A DNA stretch of 64,000 nucleotides from an uncultured Prochlorococcus sp. (lineage in GTDB: Bacteria > Cyanobacteriota > Cyanobacteriia > PCC-6307 > Cyanobiaceae): NCBI GenBank assembly GCA_902623195.1, contig CACNSV010000002.1, positions 38,036-102,035 on the forward strand, in the 5' to 3' direction. Both the position numbers and the translations under genes were made by a program. Below the pieces are notes generated by a model. The model was not told the origin of the DNA, did no database searches, and was given only the letters and a program-made list of their open reading frames with translations. This document shows positions 44,580 to 54,869 of the stretch, in pieces. Position 1 is the stretch's first letter. Every line of letters starts with the position of its first letter.

Positions 44580-45467
44580 GTGAGATTTTGGGGATTTCTA
44601 AATTTAAAGCTTTTACTCGATGTTTTTTTTGCAGCTGGTTTCGGAATGCTGCTTTTCTCACGAGTTAAAGAGCAAAGGACTTTATGGCTTCTTAGAGGAT
44701 ATTTATTTTTGGTATCTCTTGCATGGTTTGTCCAAAGATTTGCTTCTCTACCCTTAACTTCAAAATTAATTGATGCTCTTGTAATAGCATGTTCATTATC
44801 ACTCGCAATTTTGTGGCAAGGAGAACTTAGAAGATTAATGGAATTATTAGGTACAGGAAGATTAACGGTACTTTTAGGTAATCCTCCGAAGGAATTTAGA
44901 GCTAATTCAAATGCAGTTAATCAGCTTGTTGATGCCGCTGGAAAACTTTCTCAAAACAGGAGAGGAGCTCTTATGGTTGTTGATCTTGGTAGTGATTTAA
45001 GACCAGAAGATTTTTTATATTCTGGTATAAAAATAGATGCACAGCTTTCTACAGATCTTCTGATAAATTTATTTGCTACAGATACGCCTTTGCACGATGG
45101 TGCCATATTAGTCAAAGGTAATAAAATTATTTCTGCGGGAGTAATACTCCCTTTATCTCGTCAAGGTATAAGTAGATATGGAACGAGACATTTGGCTGCT
45201 TTAGGCATCACTGAACGATTTGATAGATGCATTTGTATTGTCGTCTCAGAAGAAACAGGAACATTATCACTTGCTAATCAAGGAAAGCTTGAAAGACCAA
45301 TCACAAGTAGTAGATTACAAGAGTTATTGAATGACTTTATTGGCGGATTAAATAACCAAACCATTTCAAAATCATCTACAAATAGAAATGTTTCAATGCC
45401 AAAGAAGGAGACAATTGATATCATTTCAAGTATTGGTGTAGAAAAATCTGTAAACAATTCTGATTAA
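44580..45467 (+). CDS. cdaA: Diadenylate cyclase CdaA (DAC domain with 3 TM segments)
   Basis: N-terminal TM helices, TPLHDGA, YGTRHLAALGITE, VVSEETG; lysA-cdaA-uppS order typical of cyanobacteria. Confidence 0.9.
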   Translation: MRFWGFLNLKLLLDVFFAAGFGMLLFSRVKEQRTLWLLRGYLFLVSLAWFVQRFASLPLTSKLIDALVIACSLSLAILWQGELRRLMELLGTGRLTVLLGNPPKEFRANSNAVNQLVDAAGKLSQNRRGALMVVDLGSDLRPEDFLYSGIKIDAQLSTDLLINLFATDTPLHDGAILVKGNKIISAGVILPLSRQGISRYGTRHLAALGITERFDRCICIVVSEETGTLSLANQGKLERPITSSRLQELLNDFIGGLNNQTISKSSTNRNVSMPKKETIDIISSIGVEKSVNNSD

Positions 45468-45489
45468 AATCAAACACTTAATATCGATT

Positions 45490-46290
45490 ATGAAATTAAA
45501 AAATTCAACAAGTAAAATTAGAGATTTATCATTAGAAATAGATAAACTAAGAGTCCCTAACCACATAGCTGTTATTATGGATGGAAATGGCCGATGGGGA
45601 GTAAATAAAGGTTTAACACGATCACATGGACATAATAAGGGCGTATCAGTTTTAAAAAAAATAATTAAATTATCCAAAAAGATTGGTATCAAAGTTTTAA
45701 CTGTTTATGCTTTTTCAACTGAGAATTGGACAAGACCACATGAAGAGGTGAATTTTCTATTAAATTTATTCGAAAAAGTTTTAGATAAAGAGATTAATGA
45801 ATTGAATAGAGAGTTAATAAGAATCAAATTTATTGGCGACTTGTCTTCTTTCTCAGAAGATTTAAGAAAAAAATTTATTGATGCTGAAAATATTACTCAT
45901 CTTAATGATGAGTTCACTTTAAATGTGTGTACAAATTATGGTGGGAGGCAGGAATTAGTAAAAGTTGCAAAAGAATTAGCGAGGAAGTCAATCTCAGGAG
46001 AAATTAAACCTGACCAAATCGATGAAGAAATGTTTGAATCTCTTTTGCTTACTAGTGGTTCTCAAGATCCTGACTTGTTAATAAGAACTAGTGGTGAAAA
46101 GCGTATTAGTAACTTTTTACTTTGGCAGCTTGCTTATTCTGAAATTTATATAACTGATGTTTTATGGCCTGAATTTGATGAGAATGAATTCTTAAAAGCC
46201 ATTATTGACTTCCAATCAAGAAATAGAAGATTTGGTGGAATTAAATCAGTCTCAAATCAATCATTAAAAAGTTCTTTATCTTTTAGGTAA
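45490..46290 (+). CDS. uppS: Undecaprenyl diphosphate synthase (cis-isoprenyltransferase)
   Basis: HIAVIMDGNGRW, YAFSTENW, NYGGR, RTSGEKRISNFLLWQ, RRFG. Confidence 0.96.
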   Translation: MKLKNSTSKIRDLSLEIDKLRVPNHIAVIMDGNGRWGVNKGLTRSHGHNKGVSVLKKIIKLSKKIGIKVLTVYAFSTENWTRPHEEVNFLLNLFEKVLDKEINELNRELIRIKFIGDLSSFSEDLRKKFIDAENITHLNDEFTLNVCTNYGGRQELVKVAKELARKSISGEIKPDQIDEEMFESLLLTSGSQDPDLLIRTSGEKRISNFLLWQLAYSEIYITDVLWPEFDENEFLKAIIDFQSRNRRFGGIKSVSNQSLKSSLSFR

Positions 46291-46296
46291 TTCAAA

Positions 46297-47304
46297 ATGA
46301 TTAAATTGAATCAAGATTCAACATTAGATGTAAAGTACGACTGGAAAAGGGAAGAGATTCTTGAGATTTTAAATCTACCACTTATAGATTTAATGTGGCA
46401 TGCTCAGATAGTTCATCGTAAATTTAATAATTATAGAGTTCAGTTATCTACGCTACTTAGTGTGAAGACAGGAGGATGTACAGAAAATTGTTCATATTGT
46501 AGTCAATCTATTTATAGTACGAGCCAATTAAAAAGTAATCCTATTCAAGAAGTTGAATCTGTTTTAAAGAAAGCAGAAATAGCTAAGAATCAAGGAGCAG
46601 AAAGATTTTGTATGGGCTGGGCTTGGAGAGAGATAAGAGATGGAAGTGCTTTTAATTCAATGATAGAAATGGTTAAAGGTGTAAGGAATTTAGGAATGGA
46701 AGCATGTGTGACTGCAGGAATGCTGAATGATGCACAGGCTTTAAAGTTAGCAGAGGCTGGTTTAACTGCTTACAATCATAATCTTGATACAAGTCCTGAA
46801 TATTATCAGAATATAATTACTACAAGAACTTATCAAGATAGATTAGATACCCTTAAAAGGGTAAGAAGTGCAGGAATAAATATTTGTTGCGGAGGAATAA
46901 TTGGATTAGGTGAGTCTAATAAAGATAGAGCCTCATTACTTCAAGTGCTTTCCAATATGAATCCACATCCTGAGAGTGTTCCAATAAATGCTTTAGTGGC
47001 TATTGAGGGCACTAAATTAGAAAGCTCTAAAGAGGTTGATTCAATAGAAATGATTAGAATGGTCGCTACTGCAAGGATACTTATGCCTAGAAGTAAAGTT
47101 CGTTTAAGTGCAGGCAGAGAAAATCTCTCTAAAGAAGCTCAAATTTTATGTTTTCAATGTGGAGCAAATTCTATTTTTTATGGAGATGAATTGCTTACCA
47201 CCTCAAATCCTGCTTGTGAAACAGATAGAAAACTCCTTGAAGAAGTAGGAGTTTCTTTTAATAAAAATTTTGTTTTAGATAAACAAGCACTGACCTCTAA
47301 ATGA
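46297..47304 (+). CDS. bioB: Biotin synthase
   Basis: Radical SAM motif [36 protein letters not shown]. Confidence 0.96.
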   Translation: MIKLNQDSTLDVKYDWKREEILEILNLPLIDLMWHAQIVHRKFNNYRVQLSTLLSVKTGGCTENCSYCSQSIYSTSQLKSNPIQEVESVLKKAEIAKNQGAERFCMGWAWREIRDGSAFNSMIEMVKGVRNLGMEACVTAGMLNDAQALKLAEAGLTAYNHNLDTSPEYYQNIITTRTYQDRLDTLKRVRSAGINICCGGIIGLGESNKDRASLLQVLSNMNPHPESVPINALVAIEGTKLESSKEVDSIEMIRMVATARILMPRSKVRLSAGRENLSKEAQILCFQCGANSIFYGDELLTTSNPACETDRKLLEEVGVSFNKNFVLDKQALTSK

Positions 47305-48218
47305 AAGATAATTATAAAATTGTCTCGCTGTATTGTTTTAGTCCAATATTAGAAAAGAAACTATTTGATTTAAGAGATAAATTTGAAAAATTAGGAGATA
47401 AAGGTCTAACTGGCTTAATAATTCTTGCAAAAGAAGGAATTAATGGAACAATTTGTGGTAAGGAAACAATTGTTAATATTTTTTATAGAGAAATAAAATT
47501 TTTTCTAAAAAATCAAGATTTGAATGAAAAGATTAGTTTTTCTAATGAGAAGATTTTTAAAAAATTAAAAATAAAAATTAAGGCTGAAATTGTAACTATG
47601 GGTATTAAAGATATAAATCCCAAAAAAATATCAGGTACTTATGTTGATTCTGAAGAATGGAATAATTTACTAACTGATGAGAAAACTATCGTAATTGATA
47701 CAAGAAATGATTACGAAGTTTCACTAGGTAGTTTTGATAATGCTATTAATCCAAACTTAAAAAACTTTAGGGAATTTCCTGATTGGCTTGATAAAAATAT
47801 AAAAGAAGTTACAAATTATAATGAAAATATTAATATTGCATTGTTTTGCACAGGTGGAATTAGATGTGAAAAGGCAACATCATTACTCTTAGAGAAAGGT
47901 TATCAAAATACTTATCATCTAAAGGGAGGCATCCTAAAATATTTGGAGGAAATACCATTAAATAAAAATAAATATAAAGGTGAATGTTATGTCTTTGATG
48001 AAAGAGTATCTGTGGATAATAATTTAAAAAAGGGTTCTTATACTATTTGTCATGCATGTGGAATGCCATTATCAGTAGAAGATAAGAAAAAATTACATTA
48101 TATAGAAGGTGTTCAATGCCATTTATGTATAGAAAAATTTACTGATGCTGATAGGGCAAGGTTTGCTGAGAGACAAAAGCAAATTGAAGATAAGATAGAA
48201 GAAACCAATAATGATTAA
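47301..48218 (+). CDS. trhO: Rhodanese-domain tRNA uridine(34) hydroxylase TrhO (YceA/UPF0176)
   Basis: [40 protein letters not shown] and C-terminal Cys pairs. Confidence 0.85.
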   Translation: MKDNYKIVSLYCFSPILEKKLFDLRDKFEKLGDKGLTGLIILAKEGINGTICGKETIVNIFYREIKFFLKNQDLNEKISFSNEKIFKKLKIKIKAEIVTMGIKDINPKKISGTYVDSEEWNNLLTDEKTIVIDTRNDYEVSLGSFDNAINPNLKNFREFPDWLDKNIKEVTNYNENINIALFCTGGIRCEKATSLLLEKGYQNTYHLKGGILKYLEEIPLNKNKYKGECYVFDERVSVDNNLKKGSYTICHACGMPLSVEDKKKLHYIEGVQCHLCIEKFTDADRARFAERQKQIEDKIEETNND

Positions 48219-48232
48219 GAAAAATTCTAAAT

Positions 48233-48742
48233 ATGGATATAAATCAATTACAAAGAATTGCAGACTCAAAAAATTTAACAATAAAAATTCAAGTTAGAGA
48301 AGTTTTAGGTTTAAAAATTTTTAGAATTATTGTTGCTAAGGTTAGTAATAATTCAGTAAAAATTTGGGGTGAAATTAAAGGTTGGACATTACACTCTAGA
48401 GATGGACTTCAACTAGATACGCTTAGAATTCTGAACGGTTCTCCAAAATTTGTTTCAGAATTAATTTGGGCAACTACAATGGCATGGGCTATAGAAAAAA
48501 ATTCATGCAAATTTGCAAGATTGTTAGCCATTTATGATTCTGAAGGGTATAGTAAAAAACTTGTCAGGTATTTTAAATTAATTGGTTTTTCTTTTATTAA
48601 AGAGGTAGGTGCTTCTCCTTCGGATCTTTTTTTAAGACTAATATGGGGAGGTGCTGGTACTTTAATGAAAGGTGATTGTTCTTCAATACTTAAAAAATTA
48701 GAAAAAAAATTAATTAAAGAAGATTTAATTTATCCTGCATGA
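48233..48742 (+). CDS. Conserved hypothetical protein
   Basis: 169 aa with GLQLDTLR, ARLLAI, LVRYF..IGF and LIWGGAGTLM; possibly a GNAT-like fold. Confidence 0.75.
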   Translation: MDINQLQRIADSKNLTIKIQVREVLGLKIFRIIVAKVSNNSVKIWGEIKGWTLHSRDGLQLDTLRILNGSPKFVSELIWATTMAWAIEKNSCKFARLLAIYDSEGYSKKLVRYFKLIGFSFIKEVGASPSDLFLRLIWGGAGTLMKGDCSSILKKLEKKLIKEDLIYPA

Positions 48743-49629
48743 TAACTACTTCTAATTAGAGGACCACATGAAACTTTTTTAAAACCTAATTGTTTTGAAA
48801 ATTTTTCAATATTTTTAAATTCTTCTAGTTCCCAATATTTCTTAACGGGTAGATGATTTAACGATGGCCTTAAATACTGACCGATAGTAATTTGATCACA
48901 GTTTACCTTCTTAAGATCTAATAATGTATTTTTTATTTCCTCTATATTTTCTCCTAAACCGAGCATAATTCCTGACTTTGTCTCAATATTTGGATAAATA
49001 TTTTTAGCCATTTTTAGCAAATTTATTGAACTTTTGTAATTTGCTCCTCTTCTCACTTCTCTTTGTAGTCTTTCTACTGTCTCAAGATTATGGTTAAAGC
49101 ATATTGGTTGTTTATCAAGAATTTTTTTTAATCTCAGTTTCTGAAGTTCTTCTCTTTCTTGTAAATTTCTTCCGCCCCCCCATAAATCTGGTGTTAAGAC
49201 TTCAATTTTGATTGATGGATCTATTTTTCTTATTTCGTCAATTGTAGAGGTGAATAAAATTGCTCCATGATCATGTAAATCATCTCTTGCTACTGAAGTA
49301 AGGACAACATATTTTAAATTTAAAGACTTTACAGCTTGTGCAACTTTTATACTTTCTAATTGGTCGAGCTCTGTGGGTTTCCCTTTATTTACTTGGCAAA
49401 ATGCACAAGCCCTTGAACAGATTGAACCTCCCAATAAAAAAGTAGCAGTACCTGAGGCATAACATTCTGCTCTATTAGGACATCTTCCCTCTTCACAAAT
49501 TGTATGAATATTTGCTTTTTTAATAAGTTTTTGAATCCTCTCGAATTCAGAAGCTCTACTTATAGGAAACTTTATCCATGGCGGAAGTCTTAATAAATTA
49601 TCTGTTTTAGCGAAATTAAAGGATTTCAT
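48730..49629 (-). CDS. lipA: Lipoyl synthase
   Basis: CEEGRCPNRAEC auxiliary-cluster motif, CSRACAFC radical SAM motif, C-terminal RSSY. Confidence 0.95.
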   Translation of the reverse strand: MKSFNFAKTDNLLRLPPWIKFPISRASEFERIQKLIKKANIHTICEEGRCPNRAECYASGTATFLLGGSICSRACAFCQVNKGKPTELDQLESIKVAQAVKSLNLKYVVLTSVARDDLHDHGAILFTSTIDEIRKIDPSIKIEVLTPDLWGGGRNLQEREELQKLRLKKILDKQPICFNHNLETVERLQREVRRGANYKSSINLLKMAKNIYPNIETKSGIMLGLGENIEEIKNTLLDLKKVNCDQITIGQYLRPSLNHLPVKKYWELEEFKNIEKFSKQLGFKKVSCGPLIRSSYHAG

Positions 49630-49631
49630 AC

Positions 49632-50231
49632 CTAAAGAATATCTCTTCTTCCTTCAAGTGCACGAGCAAGTGTCACTTCATCTGCATACTCTAACTCACT
49701 ACCCATAGGAAGCCCGTAGGCAATTCTAGTGACCTTAGTAAATGGAGTAAGTAATTTGGCAATATAAAGACTTGTTGTATCTCCCTCTACACTTGGAGTA
49801 AGTGCTAATATTATTTCCTCAACTTCATTTTTACTAACTCTTTCGACCAAACTTTTTATTTCAAGAAGCTCTGGCCCAATTGAATCCATTGGAGATATTA
49901 ACCCACCAATTACATGATAAATTCCTTTAAATTCTCTTGCTCTTTCTAGAGCTAATAAATCTCTGGCCTCTGCTACAACGCAAATTACTTTTTGATTCCT
50001 ATCAGGATTTTTACATATTTCGCACTCCTTTTCAGAAGTAAGATTAAAACAATTTTTGCAATGCCCTACATTATTATGAGCTTCTAAAAGTGCTTTAGAA
50101 AAGTCTTTTATAGTCTGCTCAGATTGTTTTAAAGTATATAGAGCTAATCTTTGTGCTGTTCTTGGCCCTATCCCTGGAAATTTCTCAAAATGCGCTATCA
50201 ATTTTGCCAGAGGTTTCGTAAAAGTTATCAA
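49632..50231 (-). CDS. recR: Recombination mediator RecR
   Basis: [12 protein letters not shown] HhH, C4 zinc finger, Toprim domain (EGDTT), RIAYGLPMG. Confidence 0.96.
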   Translation of the reverse strand: MITFTKPLAKLIAHFEKFPGIGPRTAQRLALYTLKQSEQTIKDFSKALLEAHNNVGHCKNCFNLTSEKECEICKNPDRNQKVICVVAEARDLLALERAREFKGIYHVIGGLISPMDSIGPELLEIKSLVERVSKNEVEEIILALTPSVEGDTTSLYIAKLLTPFTKVTRIAYGLPMGSELEYADEVTLARALEGRRDIL

Positions 50232-50340
50232 AATTAAATATTTTCTAAGAATAATCTAGGCATATAATTAAAAATTGGCTCTATTTGTTTGCTTTTAATG
50301 TCTTATGATTGTTAAGGTTATAAAATATTATCAATTAGAA

Positions 50341-50889
50341 ATGAAAAAAAATCTCTTTAAAAATTTTTTAATTTTATCTATTTGCTTTCTTTTGAGTGCT
50401 TGCGGTAGTGGATTAAGTGCTGGCCTTGAAGCTTATCAAAGTCCTGATGGAAGGTATGGATTTTTCTATCCAACTGGATGGACTAGAGTTAAGGTAAATG
50501 GTGGCCCAGAGATTATTTATCATGATTTAATTAATAGTAATGAGACTTTAAGCTTGGTAGTATCTGATGTAAATAATGATGTTGATTTAGATCAACTTGG
50601 GACACCATCTGAGGTAGGTCAAACTTTAATTGATAAAGTTATAGCCCCTGAAGGATCAGGTAGGTCAGTAAAATTATTAAATGCGAATCAAAGAGAAGAT
50701 GAAAAGCATGTATTTTATGATTTGGAATATGAACTCAATCTAAACGAGCAAGATAGACATGAACTTGCAACAGTGGTTATTGATAGAGGAAGTTTATATA
50801 CTTTTGCGGTAGGGACAAATGAAGAAAGATGGAATAAAGTTGAAAAAATGTTTAAAAATGTAATTGAATCTTTTAACTTTTTAATATAA
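50341..50889 (+). CDS. psbP: CyanoP / PsbP lipoprotein
   Basis: Signal peptide with lipobox LSAC, YGFFYPTGW, LGTPSEVG. The ATG at 50341 is preferred over 50305. Confidence 0.9.
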   Translation: MKKNLFKNFLILSICFLLSACGSGLSAGLEAYQSPDGRYGFFYPTGWTRVKVNGGPEIIYHDLINSNETLSLVVSDVNNDVDLDQLGTPSEVGQTLIDKVIAPEGSGRSVKLLNANQREDEKHVFYDLEYELNLNEQDRHELATVVIDRGSLYTFAVGTNEERWNKVEKMFKNVIESFNFLI

Positions 50890-50894
50890 AAGTA

Positions 50895-52673
50895 TTAAAT
50901 TCCGACTTGAACATTCCATAAATCAGCATAAATTCCTCCTTTTTCTAATAATTGTTGATGCTTGCCATTTTCAATTATTTTCCCATTATTCATAACAATT
51001 ATATTATCTGCTTTCTTAATTGTGCTTAATCTATGAGCAATAACGATTGTAGTTTTTTCTAAAGTTAATTTGGCTAGGGATTTTTGAATTAAAACTTCAG
51101 TTTCATTATCAACAGATGCTGTTGCTTCATCAAGGATCAAAATAGGAGAATTTTTCAAAATAGCTCTAGCTAAAGCAATTCGTTGTCTTTGACCACCAGA
51201 AAGTATTTGTCCTCTTTCACCTACTATCGTTTTATATCCCCTAGGCAATTTTGTAATGAAATTATGAGCCTCTGCAATCTTTGCTGCTTTTTTAATTTCT
51301 TCTAAGCTTGAATTATTTGACCCATAAGAAATATTCTCCATAACAGTTCCATCAAATAAATAAGTTTCTTGACTAACTAAGGAAAAGCATTTTCTTAATT
51401 CTTTTAGATTTATTTCTTGTATAGGCACCCCATCGATAGATATTGTTCCTTTATTTCTATCATAATCGTAAATTCTTAGAAGTAATTTTATTAAAGTACT
51501 TTTCCCTGAGCCTGTTAAACCCACAATACCTATTGTTTTTTTCGCCGGTATCTTGAAATTAATACCTGAAATAGTAGAATCTCTCTCGGGATAATTAAAA
51601 TAGATATTTTTAAATATTATTTCACCTTTAACTCTCTTTAAATCTATTTTTTTATTACCATCTTTAATTTTTATTGGAGTATCTATTAAATCTATAACTC
51701 TGTTTATTGATGCGAGTGATCTTTGGAAATCATCTAATACATGTCCAAGTGTAGTTAAAGGCCAGAGTAGTCTTTGCGTTATAAAAACCAGAAAACTATA
51801 AGTTCCTACATTTAGTGTTTTGTTCCATACTTGAAATCCTCCAATTAATAATATGGAAATAAATGCGAACAAAATTGCAAATCTTATCAAAGGGATAAAA
51901 GCTGAAGATAGTTTAATTGCAGATTTATTACTTTTTTGATAAATCAAACTTTCCTTTTTTAATCTTTTTAATTCCCATCTCTCAGTTGTAAAACTTTTAA
52001 TAGTAAGTATTCCGCCTAAATTATTGTTTAATCTTGAAGCTAATAATCCTGCTTTAGATCTTACATCTCTGTATTTAGGAGCAAGTTTTTTTTGAAAATT
52101 TATGGAGCCCCAAAATATTAGGGGGATAGGTAAGAAAGCGAAAATAGCTATATTTGGTGCAACCCATAGCATTGTCCCTCCTATTATTATTACCGATACG
52201 AATAATTGGATAATTTCGTTTGCACCATGATCTAAAAATCTTTCGAGTTGATTTATATCATCATTTAAGATTGAAAGTAATCTACCTGTATTATCTCTAT
52301 CAAAAAATTGCATATCTAATTTTTGAATATGTTCATAAGCCTTAATTCTTAATTTATGTTGGGAAATTTGCGCAAGATTTCTCCATAAGACAGCATATAG
52401 ATATTGAAAAATAGATTCTGCACTCCAAATAAAAACTGTCAAAATAGATAAAATAATTAACTGATTTGGAACCTCATTGAATCCTAAATTTGAGATCCAA
52501 GAATTTTCCTCCTTTACAACTATATCTACTGCAAGTCCAATAATTACTGGTGGAGCCAAGTCAAGAATTCTATTAATTATTGAACTACAAAAAGCAAAAA
52601 ATATAAGATTTTTTTCCTTTGATAAATTTAAATATAACCTTATAATTGGATTTTGATTTTTTAACTTGCTCAT
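50895..52673 (-). CDS. ABC exporter, fused permease/ATPase (MdlB/MsbA-like)
   Basis: N-terminal TM domain, GLTGSGKS, LSGGQRQR, LDEATAS, IAHRLS. Confidence 0.93.
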   Translation of the reverse strand: MSKLKNQNPIIRLYLNLSKEKNLIFFAFCSSIINRILDLAPPVIIGLAVDIVVKEENSWISNLGFNEVPNQLIILSILTVFIWSAESIFQYLYAVLWRNLAQISQHKLRIKAYEHIQKLDMQFFDRDNTGRLLSILNDDINQLERFLDHGANEIIQLFVSVIIIGGTMLWVAPNIAIFAFLPIPLIFWGSINFQKKLAPKYRDVRSKAGLLASRLNNNLGGILTIKSFTTERWELKRLKKESLIYQKSNKSAIKLSSAFIPLIRFAILFAFISILLIGGFQVWNKTLNVGTYSFLVFITQRLLWPLTTLGHVLDDFQRSLASINRVIDLIDTPIKIKDGNKKIDLKRVKGEIIFKNIYFNYPERDSTISGINFKIPAKKTIGIVGLTGSGKSTLIKLLLRIYDYDRNKGTISIDGVPIQEINLKELRKCFSLVSQETYLFDGTVMENISYGSNNSSLEEIKKAAKIAEAHNFITKLPRGYKTIVGERGQILSGGQRQRIALARAILKNSPILILDEATASVDNETEVLIQKSLAKLTLEKTTIVIAHRLSTIKKADNIIVMNNGKIIENGKHQQLLEKGGIYADLWNVQVGI

Positions 52674-52702
52674 AAATAAATTTAAATCTATATTTTTTTT
52701 AA

Positions 52703-52975
52703 TTAATTTTCTTTATAATTTTCTAATTTGCATTTAGAAATTGAGTCTTTATGATTAATATTTTTTGATATGTTTTTTAGATAACAATTACAAACCTCAT
52801 CACCAATACTTTCTTCATATTCAAAGTTATTTTTCTTAAATTCTGATTTTACGCTTTCTTTACAGAGTATTTTTATGATCGAATTTGTTTTAATTTCGGA
52901 TCGTAAATTATCAGCAAAAAATATATTTATAAAAAAGATTAAAGAAAATATTTTTGAAAATTGAAGAAATTTCAT
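52703..52975 (-). CDS. Small hypothetical exported protein with Cys residues
   Basis: Signal-peptide-like N-terminus and a C...CxC...C pattern; directly downstream of deaD. Confidence 0.65.
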   Translation of the reverse strand: MKFLQFSKIFSLIFFINIFFADNLRSEIKTNSIIKILCKESVKSEFKKNNFEYEESIGDEVCNCYLKNISKNINHKDSISKCKLENYKEN

Positions 52976-52977
52976 AA

Positions 52978-54738
52978 TTAATAACTTTTTATTTTTAAAT
53001 TTTTTAATTTATTAATGGTTTCCTTATTTAAATTTTTTGGTAAATCAACAAGACTAAAATTATTAAAAACTTGAATTTTACCAATAGATCTACCATTGAT
53101 GTTAGTTGATGAACAGATTGAAGAAATTATATTTGGAATTCTAATCTTATTAACTTTCCCATATTCAAATCTAAAAGTTTCAAACCCACTATTATCATGA
53201 TTTGACTTTTTGTTAAAACTCCTTGATTTGTTTTGTCCTTTTTTTGTATGTCGATCACGTTCAGCGAGGTTTTGTTTATTGATCCAAGATTCATCTTCTT
53301 CGATAAAAAACGGTTTATTTCCTACTATTAGGTTTATTGCAGCCATTGCAATTTCTTCATTTTTCATAGAATATTTGACTTTGAGTGTATCTAAAATATC
53401 AATCATTAAGGATCTATTCTCCTCATCATTTTTTTTAAATATAGAATTTGCATTAATATCTTTGGTTAATTTATCCATCCTTTTCTCATTAATTATTTGA
53501 TTATTTGGTATTTCTAATTCCTCAATTTTTGTTTTTAGCGAGTTTTCTAAATTCCTTAAGAAATGTTTTTCTCTTCTATTAACAAATAATATTGCTTCCC
53601 CAGATCTACCCGCTCTACCAGTTCTTCCAATTCTATGGGTATAAGTTTCTGTATCAAAAGGGAAGTCATAATTAATAACTAATTTAATTCTTTCTACATC
53701 AAGACCTCTTGCTGCTACATCGGTTGCAACTAAAATATCAATAAAACCTTTTCTTAATCTATCGACAGTATTCTCTCTTTGACTCTGAGGAATATCTCCG
53801 TTAAGAACGGCAACACTGTGTCCTGAAATCTCTAAAGCTTCTGCAATTGAGGCTGTAAGGGATTTAGTTCTTACAAATATAATTACTCCTTCATTTTTAA
53901 TTTCTAAGATTCTTTTTAAAGCTTCTAATTTATAATTCCTTTGAATACTTATAAATTTCTGTGAAATTAATTGTGCTTCTTTCTTTATACTTTTAATTTT
54001 GATTTCGGCAGGATTATTAAGATATTTTTTTGCAATATTTTTAATTTCTCTCGGCATTGTTGCAGAGAATAAAACCATTTGTTTTTCTTCTGGTAGTTTA
54101 TCTATTATCCATTCGATATCTTCTAAAAAACCCATCTTAAGCATTTCATCAGCTTCATCTAATACTAAACAATTTATATTATTTATTTTAAATGTACCTT
54201 GTTTTATATGGTCAATTATTCTCCCTGGAGTGCCTACTACTACATCTGTTTTCCTTTTTAAATAAGATATTTGATTTCTGAAATCAGTTCCTCCATAAAT
54301 AGCAATAGTATTAAAATTCTTAGATTCTGAACTGTAACTTTTAAAAGAATCAGCAACTTGAGTAGCTAATTCCCTCGTTGGAGTCATAACCAAAACCTTA
54401 GCCGCTACTTCATTGTTATCTTCGAGTTTTTCAATAATTGGTAGAGCAAAAGCAGCCGTTTTACCTGTTCCAGTTTGAGCTTGTCCTAAAAGATCTCTTC
54501 CAAGCATTAATTCAGGGATAGCAGCTTTCTGAATTGGGGTTGGATTTTTATAACCCTTTTTTTTAAGTGATTCTAATAATGATTTATTAAAACCAAAAGT
54601 TAAGAAACTATCGTCTTCTTCTAATTGAGTTTTTGTTTTTTCTGCTGAATTATCTTCAGTAATTAAATTATTTACATAATCTTGAGTAAGATTACTTCCA
54701 TCAATATCTGAAGGAGTCGATTTTCTTTTTGAAACCAT
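52978..54738 (-). CDS. deaD: DEAD-box RNA helicase (DeaD/CsdA type with DbpA-like RNA-binding domain)
   Basis: Q motif PTPIQ, AQTGTGKT, PTRELA, DEAD, SAT, ARGLD, HRIGRTGRAG and a C-terminal 'IGKIQVF..FSLVDLP'. Confidence 0.93.
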   Translation of the reverse strand: MVSKRKSTPSDIDGSNLTQDYVNNLITEDNSAEKTKTQLEEDDSFLTFGFNKSLLESLKKKGYKNPTPIQKAAIPELMLGRDLLGQAQTGTGKTAAFALPIIEKLEDNNEVAAKVLVMTPTRELATQVADSFKSYSSESKNFNTIAIYGGTDFRNQISYLKRKTDVVVGTPGRIIDHIKQGTFKINNINCLVLDEADEMLKMGFLEDIEWIIDKLPEEKQMVLFSATMPREIKNIAKKYLNNPAEIKIKSIKKEAQLISQKFISIQRNYKLEALKRILEIKNEGVIIFVRTKSLTASIAEALEISGHSVAVLNGDIPQSQRENTVDRLRKGFIDILVATDVAARGLDVERIKLVINYDFPFDTETYTHRIGRTGRAGRSGEAILFVNRREKHFLRNLENSLKTKIEELEIPNNQIINEKRMDKLTKDINANSIFKKNDEENRSLMIDILDTLKVKYSMKNEEIAMAAINLIVGNKPFFIEEDESWINKQNLAERDRHTKKGQNKSRSFNKKSNHDNSGFETFRFEYGKVNKIRIPNIISSICSSTNINGRSIGKIQVFNNFSLVDLPKNLNKETINKLKNLKIKSY

Positions 54739-54869
54739 TAAATAATGCCTGATGTCATCTGATCAGGCTTACAACTTATTATCTAGACTGAGATTTTAAT
54801 TTGTTGTTATGCCATACAGAGCCTTAATTCTAATTTAACATCTAATGGTCAAACATAAAAATAAATAAA

